This document shows, one piece after another, positions 13,512 to 26,075 of a DNA stretch of 64,000 nucleotides. Every line of letters starts with the position of its first letter. Within the stretch, counting starts at the first letter, position 1. Position numbers and translations under genes: made by a program. A model generated the notes under the pieces. That model did no database searches. It was not told the origin of the DNA and saw only the letters and a program-made list of their open reading frames with translations. The stretch spans positions 4,482,399-4,546,398 of the forward strand of contig MU053934.1 in assembly GCA_013239625.1 (NCBI GenBank), read 5' to 3'. This DNA comes from Lama guanicoe. Taxonomy: Eukaryota.

Positions 13512-16500
13512 AAGATTTACCTGCTTTAGTCCTCTCCTGGGTCTCTGAGGCCCAGAGAGGGTATGTGTCTTGCCCAAGGTCACAGAGCAAGTTGGAGCTC
13601 TGCCTGGAAAACCTTTCACAGTAGGTGGTAGGAGGTACTTTGCCACCCAAAAAGAGTATGTCTTTTCAAGAAAATCCTGCCTGAGATGCGCCCTCAGCCC
13701 AGTTCTTCCAGGCTGTAGGCTGTACTATGGCCCCTGCCCAGGCTCCTGTTGGGGTGGATTGAGCAAACTAGAGATACAGGGTCCCTGAGGGATGGCTGGG
13801 CCCCTCCCACTATCCTCCCCCACTGCAACCCTCTCCCCTATGCTCCTGCCTTCCCAGAAGCCCCCACTCTCCTGCTCTGCCAAGAATCTGGGGTTGGCAG
13901 GGAGTCATGGGGGGCCTCTGGAATGTCGCTTTCAGGTGCCAGCACCAGTGTGCCAACCTTGGTAGAGGCCTCAGGGACGGATGGGTGATCACCGGATCTT
14001 GTCTGGAATGGGGAGGCTGTCAGCCAGGAGCCAGGGCTGGGTCCTGCCTGCCACTTCTCACGTGGGGGCTATCCTGCCCTGGGGCTGCCCCCTGGGCTCC
14101 CTGAACTGCTGACCTGGTCTCTCTCCTCACCGTCCCTCCAGGAGTGGGGAAGCTGGTTCCCTAGCAACAGTGCCCCCGTCACCCTCTGCCCTCTAGGCCC
14201 ACATCCTCAGCTCCTCTGGGTTTACACAGAACCCTGTTGAGGGTGTTGGGAATCGAAGGAGGTAGTACTCTGTGAAATTCCTGTTAACCTTTCAGATATT
14301 GGGAGTGAGGAAAAGAGCTTTGGACCAAAGCTAATTTAGGTTCAGATCACATCTGGACAGTGATTGACTTTCTGGGCCTCAGTTTCCTCATCTACAAAAT
14401 GGAGATGATCCCACCTGTACAACGACTTTCTGTGAGAATTTAATAAGGTGACCCTGCCCCACCCAGGGCCTGGCCCACTCCAGCGCTCCTTATGTGGCAG
14501 TGGGGTACCTAGTTAGGGTCCTGACTCAAGATCCAATAGATCTCGGTTGAGACCTGGCTCTTTCACTGACCGGCTGTGTGGTTTGGCCAAGTTACTAAAC
14601 CTCTCTGAGCCTTGATTGCCTCTCTTGTCCAGTGGTGATAATAATAGTACCTTTCCTTCCAGGGTTATTGAGACATAGCTGTATTGTTAGTGCTATCAGC
14701 TGGTGGGGAAAAGAGGGTATTGAGGGGAGCTCGTGTCCTTCAGTGGCCTGGTTGCTGGAAGCTTCTGGTGAAGATGAAAGGCAGACTTGATGGCTGAAGT
14801 GAGGAGAGGGCAGCCAGCACCCAGACATCTGCCCTCCTGTTCCTCTCACAGCAGGAGAAGCTGAGGGGCCAGCGATTCTCTGGGGACCCCCCATGCTCCC
14901 AGCCATGCCAGTGGTGGAGCTGGGTGAGGCCTCCTTTTCCAGCCAGACGCCCTTCAGCCCTGGGGCAGGGCCGCCCCCTCTTCTCCTCTGCCAGCAGGGC
15001 CCAGGCCAAGATGCCTTTATTTTTAAACCTGGAAACAATGCCTGGCCGGGCATGGCCTCCTGCAGAGGACGGAGAGCGAGGATGGGCTGAAAGCCACACT
15101 TCCTGGGCCGGCACTCCTCACCCCCAGACAGGTGCCAGGGGTAGGGGAGGTGGGGGGCACTATGTCCTCCCACTGACAGGGGCACAGAGCTTGTTCATGT
15201 TCCTTTCGCCTCTGGCCTTGACCCTGCTGTCCTTCAGGGGGTCCGGATTCTAGAGTCCTCTGTAGTCTGTTCCCTGGCTAGGACAAGCCACCCCCAAAAG
15301 ATAGGCCTGGATAAGGCACACCTGCTGTGCTTAGATCCCTGCAGGAGCCGGTCCCAAGAGTGGCTGTGGGACCCAGGCACCTGGCTTTTCTTGGGGGCTG
15401 GCTGAGATGCCCGCTCCACCCTAGAGCCCCCTCAAGACCAGGCTGGACATTCTGCACCCTCCAAAAGTCTCCCCTTCCTGCCCTGAGCCCACTCACACCT
15501 CCCTTTGCTCCCAGCTCTCATAAAACTCCCATGTCTGTTCAGTAGGAAGACACTGCACTTAGCAGTGACTTGCAGCTCAGCACCCCTGGAGGGAGGGGCA
15601 AGACCAATGGACCAGGAGTCAAGGACATGGGGTCTAGTCCTGGTTCTGCCACCAACCCCCGCACGACCTTGAGCAAGACCCATAACCATCCTTTCTCCCT
15701 CAGTTTCCTCTTCTGCAACACAGGGATAATAGGTTCACTCTACTCCCATCCCGGGTGGGAAACGGCTTTGTCAGCTCTGAGGTGCTGCACATGTGGCCTC
15801 TGGATGGGCAGGAGGCACTGGAAACAGTGTCCCCAACACCCGCTGGTCTCTGTGAAGAGCCACAACCAGCAGACCCCAGAGCTGGACAGCTTGGCTTTAG
15901 GTCCCGGCTCTCCACGGTCAGGCTCAGACTTTAGGTAGGGTAGTTACCTGTTTGGCACCTTCATTTCCCCATCTGTAAAATGGGATCATGAGAGTACCTG
16001 TCTCGAAGGACAGTTGGGAAGGCTGAGATAAAAACACATAAAGAGTAAGCACTTGATTAGCAGTAGCTCTTACCACCTGTGCAGCAGAGCCAAGAGGCAC
16101 TGTGTGCGCACGTGCACCAGCCCGTGTGTGTGCCGGAGGTTGTGCTCCCGGATACGTGTGAAAGAGAATGGGCACCAAAATCGGGGTGTGGATTTGTACA
16201 CAGGCCAGAGTCCAGTGTTTGTGTGTGTGCACCAGCGTCCAAGGAGTGTGTGTGTGCCTGGGGCATGCTCACAAAGACCTGAAGCAGCTTGTGTCCCCTC
16301 GCCCCGCCGTTGAGGTGGGCGCACGGGTGTGTCCACCTGTCTTCTCCTGCGGGCATCTCCTCCTGCTGGGCCAGCAAGCACAGGCTATCAGGGACCCCAC
16401 TCCCAGAGCCTGGCCCTAACCCCAGGCCACTAGGCAATGGCCTCAAAGGGAGACCTCGGGGATGGGCGGTGGAGAGGGGACAGGTCACTGAAGGCCTGGA

Positions 16501-17659
16501 AATGGGCTTGTCTCTCCTGTCCCCTAGGCTGCTTTGATTTTCCCGGTAGCAACACTGCCTGTTCTAGTGCCTGGAGTCATTTCATCTGGCATCTTCCCAC
16601 ACCCAAGAGGACCAAGATTTTATGTTTGGTCCACTGCTGTGCCTCAGTGTCTAGAACAGTGCCAGGCACCCAGTAGGTGCTCCACAAGCCTGTGAATGGG
16701 TGGTTTAGGTGTTGTCAGCTCTATCAAGGTGTCATGTACACACAATGAAAGTCGCCAGTCAAACATCAAATGTATACAGTGGTGTAACCAGCACCGCCCT
16801 CGGGACGTAGAGCATCTCCTTACCCTAAAGGTGAGGGACCCACGGGACCCTTCCTGGTAAATCTCACCCCTTGCCTCTCGCAACCACTGGGCTGCCTTCT
16901 AGTTCTATAATGTTGCACCTTCTAGAATTCCATGTAAGCAAGAGAGGGATGTGATCACGTCTGCATGTGAGGCGATTGCTGTGTGGGCCCTAGAGAGGAG
17001 GGCTGAGGGAGATGAAGGGACCTGGCAGGATGGAGGTGACAGTGACAGGCCTAGTCCAGGAAAGGAGCTGAGGCCGCCCTGAGAACTGAGTTTGAGAAGA
17101 ACCCTCAGGACCAGGTGAGCATCCGGCTGTGGTGGCTGAGGCGAGGTTTCCTGCTGGAGCAGCTGGCCTGAGGCTGAGGTGGCCAGCACAGAGTAGGAGC
17201 TCAGGAGACGTTGCCGGCTTGCCTGGGAGAGAGATGCACTCACAGGCACATGCGTGCGTGGGTGTGCATGCACAAGCACACCTGTACACATGCGTGTGCG
17301 TGGGCCCATGGGCGTGCACACGCAAGGAGGAGGGCAGATGGCGCCGAGTGAACAGCTGCCAAGAAGCACAGTCACTCAAAGCCTGTCTGTTTCCTCTTCT
17401 CTGCGGAGAACCTCTCCAGGCTGCACAGACTGGAGCGAACATGGTCAGTAGGGGATGGGGAGGGGAAGCTCTCGTTCACTGGGCCCTGTGAGAGGTGTGA
17501 CTCGTGTGGAATCCCGACCTTAGGATGTAGCTGGTGTCCGCTCCCCCTTACAAATGAGGAAGTGGAGGAGGCAGGCGTAAAGAGGCTGAGCAATTTGGTC
17601 TCCTCGCCCAGTGACAAGCACTTAAATGCAGCCTCTTCGATCTGGGACAGGTTGCACTT

Positions 17660-18125
17660 TCCAGAGAGGACCACAGCATATCTTCCATCTCACTTGCTCT
17701 TCTTAGAGCATGAAGTTGACCCTTCTCCCCAATAGGAGATAAGCTCCTCCCATGTGAATAGCCTTGGAATTTGTAAAAGCAATGCTCTGTGGTTTCTGAG
17801 CTAGGTCAGAAAATGCATTGTAGCTTCTGCCTGGCCCTTTTGGGATGCTCACCTCTGGAGCATTGAGCCACGGCCGTGCTGTGCGGAAACCCAGCCAGCC
17901 CACAGGGAGAGACCAGAAGGAACGGCGCTGAGAGCACAGGTGGAGGAGGCCGCCCTGCCAGCACACACGGCAGCCACTGGCTGCAGCTGCGTGAGAGACC
18001 CCAAGCCAGACCACCCAGCCAAGCCCATCCCAAATCCATAATCTATAGAAACTATGAGAAAGAATGAAATACTTGTTTTAAGCTAAGTGTGGGGTTGGTT
18101 TGTCATGTAGCCATAGCTAATTTGA
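17660..18125 (+). mobile_element. MLT1 (ERVL-MaLR) LTR
   Basis: 3' end 'ttgttttaagctaagtgtggggttggtttgtcatgtagccatagctaa' typical of MLT1 LTRs. Confidence 0.6.
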
Positions 18126-18129
18126 ACAC

Positions 18130-18890
18130 AAACCTTTGCAAATCCTGTTGGATTGATGTTCAAAATAATCCAGAATCCAGATACTTCTCCCATCTCCACC
18201 CACCACCCTAATCTGGGCCATCATTACCTCCTGCCTGGGCAACTGCAGAAGCCTCCTGACCAGTCGCCCTGCTTCTGCCCTCAGCCCTGCTGTCTGTTCT
18301 CCATACAGCAGCCAGAGTGAAACTGTGCGGCAGACACTGCTGCTCAAAGCCCTCCGGTGGCCTCCATCTCCCTCGAGTTCTGACGGCGACCTGCAGGTCC
18401 CACACAGTCTGCCCCCACGACCTCACTGACTTCAGTTCTCCCCATTTTCCCCATTCTCCCCTCCCCCACTCCACTCCAGCCGTTTCCCCAAACTCATCAA
18501 GCACATCCCTTCCTCAGAGCCATCGCCTGTGCTGTTCCTCCTGCCGAGGATTGCTGTTCCTCCCAGATGTCTGCCTGGCTCGCTCCCTCACCTGCGTCAG
18601 CTCTCAGCCCCCATGCCACCTACTCAGTGAAGCCTCCCTGACCACTCTGCCCCCAAAACTCCCCATTATCTCCCTGCTTTATTTTTCTCCATTGAATTTC
18701 CACCTCCCAATGATGATGATAAATTAGATCTCAGTTTTTTGTTGTGTGCCTTCTTCATTATTATGCAAGCTCCCTGCCAACAGCAACTTTGTTTTTGCTG
18801 CTTTATCCTCAGGGCCTCGGGCAGGGCCTGGATGTAGTAGAGCTTCCGGTATCTATTGAAAGAGTGAATGAATGAATGAATGAATGAATG
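18130..18890 (+). mobile_element. L2 LINE 3' fragment ending in (AATG)n tail
   Basis: 'ccatacagcagccagagtga...tgctcaaagccctccggtggcctcca...cagtgaagcctccctgaccac' and terminal tgaatgaatgaatg. Confidence 0.7.
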
Positions 18891-19759
18891 ATTCCAGATC
18901 CCTTCCACTCAGCTGAAACCCCGATAAATAAGAGGGTGAGAGAACGGGCGTTGAGCTGCCCACCTGCCTGTCCAGGGTACACCCTCATGCTCCAAATGAG
19001 GAAACTGAAGCCTGAGAAGGTAAATCATTGGTTTAAGTCCAATAAATCATTTACATAATCAATAGATGTAAAAGCTTTATAGCAACTGCAGTCTTCTGAG
19101 TCGAGATGTCCTGAGTTCAAATCCCAGGGATGCCACCTGCAGACCTAAGGAGCAAGTTACTTCACATCTCTGTGCCTCAGTTTCCTCGCTTGTAACATAG
19201 GGATAATCCCCCACCCCAGAGGCAGGACACATTTGCCCTGCAACAAATGAACTTTAAGCCCCGGCAACCACCTGCAGGACCGCATCTGAGGCACCATTCC
19301 TATTTCATAATCTTGATCATCATGTTTTCCTTAAAGGTCCTGAGATTGATTTAGCCTCAGGCCCCACCAATCCAGGATTGGGCCCCTGCCCATGGTATTT
19401 TCAGAATTAAATAGTTACTGCCCACAGGATGGTGCCCACACATTGTGAGTGCCCAGTGGTGTGTTGTTGAGGGCCCACTCTGTGCCAGGCACTGTGCTTG
19501 GAGCTGGGGAGTCAGTGATGAACAAAACAGACCCAGTGCCTGTCCTGTGGGGTGTATGTCCCAAGACAGGGAATAAACAATGAACAAGTGAACAAATATG
19601 CGATTAAATGACAGGCAGTGATGAGGACAGTAATGAATAATCAAGTGGTGCTGGGACAGGGAAGATGGGCAGGGAGGGGTCAGTGCAGTTTATAAGGGTT
19701 GGGAGACCTCTCTGAGCAGGTGACGTGTAAGAGGTTGAGTGATTAAAAGAAGAGAGCCA

Positions 19760-19845
19760 GTGGAGTGGGTATAGCTCAGTGGCAGAGCTCATGCTTAGCA
19801 CACGTGAGGTCCTGGGTTGAATCCCCAGTACCTCCACTAAAAAAA
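19760..19845 (+). mobile_element. Short tRNA-Ala-derived SINE / tRNA retrocopy inserted into an L2
   Basis: tRNA-Ala-like body ending ACCTCCA then a poly(A) run; 15-bp TSD aaaagaagagagcca at 19745-19759 and 19846-19860. Confidence 0.85.
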
Positions 19846-22189
19846 AAAAGAAGAGAGCCATTTCAGGCAGAGAGGACAGCATGTGCAAAGGCCCTGAGGT
19901 GAGAACAAGCTGGATACATTGGAGAAACAGCAACAAGGCCAGCGGGGAAGTGAGTAAGGAAGCCAGCAGCAGGAGATGCCGTCAGAGGAGCCCGGGTGCT
20001 GGGTCCACTTCCCTCTCCCCTTCCTTCCTCTGCTGGACTAGCACTTGCAGAACTGCTCCCCCACCCCCACCCTCCCACCAAGGGCTGAGCTCGGGTCCTG
20101 CTCCACCACTGCCCCTCCTGCCTTGTGACTTCAGCCCCACCCAGCCGCAGCCCCCTGCCCCCACTTCCCCTTCCATTTGTGACCCGGGAAGGCAGGAACT
20201 GCATCCTTTCCCAAACTACATCTCCCCTGCCTCACTCCCTGCCAAGGGGCGGACCTCAGACTTCCAGACTGGTGGCAGTGGCTCCCTTCCGACTGCCATC
20301 TACCTTCTCACCCCTCACTCCCCCACTGGCCCCAGCAATGTCAGACCCTGGCAGCCTCCTCCAACCCTCACAGAAACCATGGGGGTTCCCACGATGCATC
20401 AGCCATTCCTTAGGCCCAGGATGTCCTTTCTCCCCTCCTCCCTCTGACCCAACCTCAGCTGTCATCTCCCCCGGGCTCTGAGCAGACGACGGGTCTTGTC
20501 AAGTGGGGCACAGGGCCCGACACTGAGAAAGACCTTAGTAGATGGATGAATATGTGAACGAACAAACAGGAAAGTTATCCAGGTCCACATGGCACGTTCT
20601 CTGCTGGCCTGTGTGATGAGCACTGTGCTGGGCACAGAAGTCAGGAATCACTGTGACAGACAGACCCACGCACATTCACATACGAAAACCCAATTCCCCA
20701 AAGCCAGGGGTCTGGAGCAGGTCTGGGCTATGCGCTCATTTGCTTTGTGACCTTGAGAAGTTACTGACCTGTGCTGAGCTTCTCCTCATTTGCCAAAGCA
20801 GCAGCTAGAAGAGGCTCAATGATGTCAGAGCATCATGGTCGCTAGTGTGGCCTCGAGCCAGGCAGCCTGGGCTCAAATCCTGGCCATGTCCCCTGGCCAG
20901 CTGTGTGACCATGGGCGAGTTTCTTAACCCCTCTGAGCCCCCAATTCCCCATCTGTAAGTGCTGCAGAGCTTCAGGCTCTGTGTCACAGAATGGGTCTGA
21001 AGATTCACTGGGATGGCTCCTGCGGGAAGCACTGGACACACATTAACCATAAGGTTAATTAGACCATAGTTAGGTTTGAGGTCCTTGATCGGCGTCTAAA
21101 GGGATGTGACAGGTTTGTGTGGACACATCTATGATGGGTCAGAGTAGGAAGCTGGGCGTGTCCAGGACTGAGGTTTTGAGGTCCCTTGTGGCACCAGGGA
21201 TGGGGACCACTGTCACCCCTGTCTGGAAATGAGCTGGGCACCACTCTTATCTGCTGGCTGCGTGCACACAGGAGTTTTCTCGTGTACACAGTGCCGCCCT
21301 AAAGCAGCCTCCGCCCTTCTCCCACTGCTGGGCTCAGAGATCAAATATGACAGTGGGTGTTGGGAAAATCCTATCATGAGCTTCCAGAGACCTGCTAGGA
21401 CATGTCCCCCAAACCACCCCCCACTCCCACATTCTCCCAGGGATTGATGAACTGAACGTGAGGTCACAGGCCACAAGTGGGAGGTTCCGGGGACCTCAGC
21501 TGGTAAAGGCTGCCTCTCATACTCCTGTGTCCCTGGCCCTTAGTGAGATGGCCTCATTGGAACAGAGTGAGTTAAGAAATCTTAGTGATCTCTGTGTTCA
21601 GAGCCCTGGGCAAAGGAAGGCTGAGGTCAGGAAGGCTGAGTGACTCGCCCAAGGTCACACAGCAGTGAGGGAAGAGCTGGGACCAGGAACCAGGAGTCTA
21701 TGCCCCTGGTCCTGCTCCTACTCCTACTCCATTCAGTGATGCATTTCTGGAAATCACCCCAGTTCTACTTTCCAAAATGAGTCAGAAACATCTGTACCTT
21801 AGGAGACTAAAATACTCCAAAGGACTCCCTGACAAGGACACTGAGATGTCTGAAAGCAGAACTGGCCTTCCCATAGTAATGATGCCACTTCATTCATTTG
21901 GTTGGAGTTCTGGAAGGCCTAAGAAAGGCATGTCCTTGTCCTGCTCTTCCTACACCCCTGTGAAATAGGGGACCACACCCCATTTGACAGAGGATACCAC
22001 TGAAGCCCAAAGGGGTGGAGCCATTTGCCCAGGGTCACACAGACAGCCCTGGTTCTGAACTCAGGTTGCCCACCCCAAGCCCAGAACATTCTCTGACTCC
22101 CCAGAGGTGAGACTGACCTTCTCTCTTTGAGACCTGGGCAGATCTTAGACAGCATCAACTCCCACTCCAGAATTCTAATTCTTTTTCAT

Positions 22190-22750
22190 TTTTAATGTCT
22201 TTACTATAAAAGTAACAATGCATGTTCACTTCTGAAAATCTGAAAAATGCAGAAAAGTCAAAATAAGGAAGAAAAATCACCACCCACAGCCCCACCACCC
22301 AGAGACAATCATTGTTAAGGTTTGATGTATTTCCTTCCATAGTTTTTTGTTTAGGACCTTTTTTTAAACACGGCTGAGATCATACTGCATATTAAAAGAA
22401 AAAAACAAAAAGGTGGTATCCTGCCTTTTTGCTTGCCATTATATCATGGGCACTTTTCTGGTTATTTCACTCTCCGTAACCTCGTTTCTTTTTCCTCTTC
22501 TCTGAACCTCATTTTTATTGGCTGCCTAATATTTTGTCAAGTGGAAGTTCCATAGTTTATTTAGCCATTCCCTTATTGTTGGACATCTCAGTTATTTCCA
22601 GTTTTTCGACGTTATAAATAATATATTTTGGTAGATCTTTGGACATAAAGCCTTTCTTTTTCCATATTTAGTGATATCTCCTTGGCTGGAATGGAATTAC
22701 TGGGTCAGTGAGTCATACAGGTCTCTGGCACTCTTGGTTGAATTGATTTT
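22190..22750 (-). mobile_element. Old L1 (L1ME-like) fragment
   Basis: AT-rich block with 'tttatttagccattcccttattgttggacat...ttatttccagttttt...tggaattactgggtca'. Confidence 0.6.
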
Positions 22751-25081
22751 CAAAGGCCCCGAGCCACACCCATTCTACAGATGAGCAAAGAGAGGCCCCA
22801 AGAGGTGATGTGAACTGTCCACAGTCACTCAGCCAGTCAGCAGTGCCTGCAATCCCTCCTCAGTACTTTATCTACCTCCACCATCATGCGTTCCTCTAAT
22901 CATTCACTCATTCATTCATTCATTCATTCAACAGAAAAGGTGCAAATACTGTGTGCCAGGCTCCGGTCTAGGTCCCAGAGATACTGCAGTGAGCAAAATG
23001 CGCAAAACCTCTTCCCTCAAGATGTCTCCAACTCAAAGGCACGGAGGGAAGGATCAAACAGGAAGATTGCCTTGGCATTTGGCTCTGTGCGAATCAAGGT
23101 GCTCATTTGCATAAGTAAATCAAGGTGTTCATTTGTATGTTAGAGTCAGAGCAGAAGAAGGCAGAGGGTGACATCTGGCAGCCCTGAGGGCAGAATCCAG
23201 CCTAGTTGTCCTTAACCAAACTGTTTTCTAAAATTTAGCCTCCCCTTAAAAATTGGGAGATTTCTTGGACTTCTGGCATCTCCTGAACACTCTGCAGATC
23301 TGACCAGGCTGGGCCGGGTTCCCAGATGGTCGCTGGGGACTGCTGCTCCCCAGGACCTCTGTTGCCCAGAACCCGCGCCTGCGCCTGTCTCCTTGCCCTA
23401 CATGTGCTCCACTCCTCGGCTGTGCTTCTCACATACATTCAGTCCACAGGCCTTTTGTGACATCGGCCAGGCTGGAGGGACTCAGTACTGAGAACAGTAA
23501 TGACAGTAACACCGAGACAAGTAACAAGGAGGTGAAATCACTCAGGCCAGGTGACAGAGCTGCAGGTGACAGAGGCAGAATTTGAAGGGGCAGTCGGGCT
23601 CCTGAGCCCAGGTTCTCTACTGCATCTGGCTGACGGTCCAGTGCAGAAGCTGCCAGGTACTGCAAGGGCACGCAGCTGGACGGACTGCCCTGCCTCTGCC
23701 AGAGGAAGCTCAGAAGGGTCTCCAGGACAGCACTGGGCCAGGAGGTAGCCCTGGGAAGACGAGCCTGGGAGGGGAACTGATAGCCAGGTTTGAGTTCTCT
23801 TATTTCTTTGAACCTGGGGTTCCCACTGCCCAGAATGCCCTCTCCCCCTTCCTTTACCTGCTCAATGCTTACTCTTGCTCAGCTGAGATGCCACCTCCTC
23901 CAGGAAGCCCCCTCTGACCCAGGAGAGGGTTTGCAGCTGACTCCTGAACCCTGGTCCAGCCCAGAGCCCAGCTTTCCGTTCACCAGCTGGGTGACCTTGA
24001 GCCTCTCTTGGCCTCAGTTTCCTCACTTCTGAAACTGACTGTGACGGAATGCTTCACTCCCAGACATGGTGAGACTTCACTGGAACAGGCCTGGTGTGGC
24101 CACCCCGATAAGCGTTCGCTCAGCTGTTATGAATGAACAGGGGAGCAGGCACCCATGGCCACAGGCTCACAGAACACCGGGGGCTGACAGAGCCCCAGCC
24201 CCACTCTCCCATTTTACAGCTGATGAAACTGAGCTCAGGGAGGAAGGAGGCCATGCCTTCAACAAGAGCCTCTTACCCCCACCCCAGTTGTCACCAACTG
24301 CCCTTGGCCCTGGGTACCCCCAGAAAAGGTTTATGATAAGAAGAGACTCAGTGACCCCAGCCCTGCACTTAAAGGGCCAGTGTGTGCCTTCTGTCCTGGG
24401 CCCAACCAGCGCCTGCTCCCTGAGCGTCCACCTCTCTGGGAAGGAACTCTTCCCCCAAGAGACTGCCTCCCATGGCCATCGAGGGAGGAGGTGGCTTCCT
24501 GGCCTGAACAATGGGGCTGGGATGTCCCTCAGCCTCTGGCATGCAGGGGTGTGGGGACATCTGACTAGGATGCCATTCCCATTCAGGGGCACAGGGAATC
24601 TGGAGATGGGGGAAGGAGGGGGCTCCAGGCTCCAGCTGGAGGCAGCAGCATCTGAGTAACACTCCCTAGCCTTGTCCTTGTGACTTGGGCAAGGGGCTCC
24701 ATCTCACTGGGCCTCGGTTTCCTCATCTGTAAAATGGAGAATGACAAAAACATCGACCCCATAGGGTAGTTGTGAAACTAACCAAATCCTTTCTGTAAAG
24801 GGCTCAAAGCTGAGCAGATGTGGTCAGAATTCACACATGAGGTGAAGCCTCCTACCTGGGGGAGAATCCCCCTCCACTGTTCCATCTGTGTGGCCTTGGG
24901 CAGGTTACTTAACCTCTCTGTGCCTCAGCTTCCTCATCTGTAAAATGGGCATACTAATTGTCCTTCTGCAGAGGAGTATTTGAGCATTAACTGAGTTAAT
25001 GCTCATAAAAGTCTTTAAGAGCAGAGCTGGGTCTTTTCTAAGCACTCATCATTGTGGCCACCATCACTCCTCCTGACCTCC

Positions 25082-26075
25082 TGTATGAGCTTCCTGCAGC
25101 TGCTATAACAAATGACCACTAACATGGTGACTTAAAACAACATAGATTTTTTTATCTGACAGTTTGGGAGACCCAGATGTCGGCAGGGCTGTTTCTTCTG
25201 GAGGCTCTATGGTAAAATCTGTTTCCCTGCCTTTTGCAGCTTCTAGAGACCGTCCTTGTTCCATGGCTTGTGACCCCTAACTCCACGTTCAAAGACAACA
25301 ACAGCATCTTCTCATCTCTGCTTCTGTTATCACATCTCCTCTCTGTGACCCACTTCCCTCCCTCGGTGTTTTTTTTTAACTTTTTATTTAAAACTCATTT
25401 TAGCTTTATAGAAGTTGTAAAGGAAATTCAGTGAGCTCCCACACACTCCTCACCCCGATTCCTGCAGTGCTAACATCTGACGGGGCTGTGCTGCTCCTCG
25501 CAAAGTGCAGACATTGACATTGGCACAGCCCTGTGAGCTACAGCGTTTATTCAAATGTCACCAGCTCTGCCACCCATGTCCTTTCCCTGCTGCAGAATCC
25601 GTCCAGGGTACCATGTGGCGTTTGGGCTTCGTGTCTCCTTCCTCCCTCCCAGCTGGGATGCTCCTCAGACTTCCCTGACCTTGACACTTTTGAAGAATGC
25701 TGCTTGGGTATCGCGTAGAATGTCCCTCCATTTGGGTTTTTAAAAGCAGCTTTATTGAGATTTAATTTGTATACCATACAATTCATCCATTTTAAGTATA
25801 TAATTCCATAATTTGGAGTTGATTACATTATTGATTTTCTAAAATATATCTAACATACATTTGTCATTTTAACCACTTTGAAGTGTTCAGCTCAGTTTGT
25901 CTCCCTCTGATAAAGTACAGACATTACTGATCACGACCCATCTCCCATAAAAATCCAGGGCCCTTGTGGGTGATCCAGGCGAATCTCCCATCTCAAGAGC
26001 CTTAACTTAATCACAATTGCGAAATCCCTCTTCTCCCATTAGGCAAAATTCCAGGCTTTAGGATGTGGTGATCCT
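25082..26075 (-). mobile_element. MLT1 LTR split by nested L1-type fragments (~25370-25895)
   Basis: 'ctgctataacaaatgaccac...gacttaaaacaaca' at the left; 'ccatctcaagagccttaacttaatcaca' resumes at ~25990. Confidence 0.6.
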
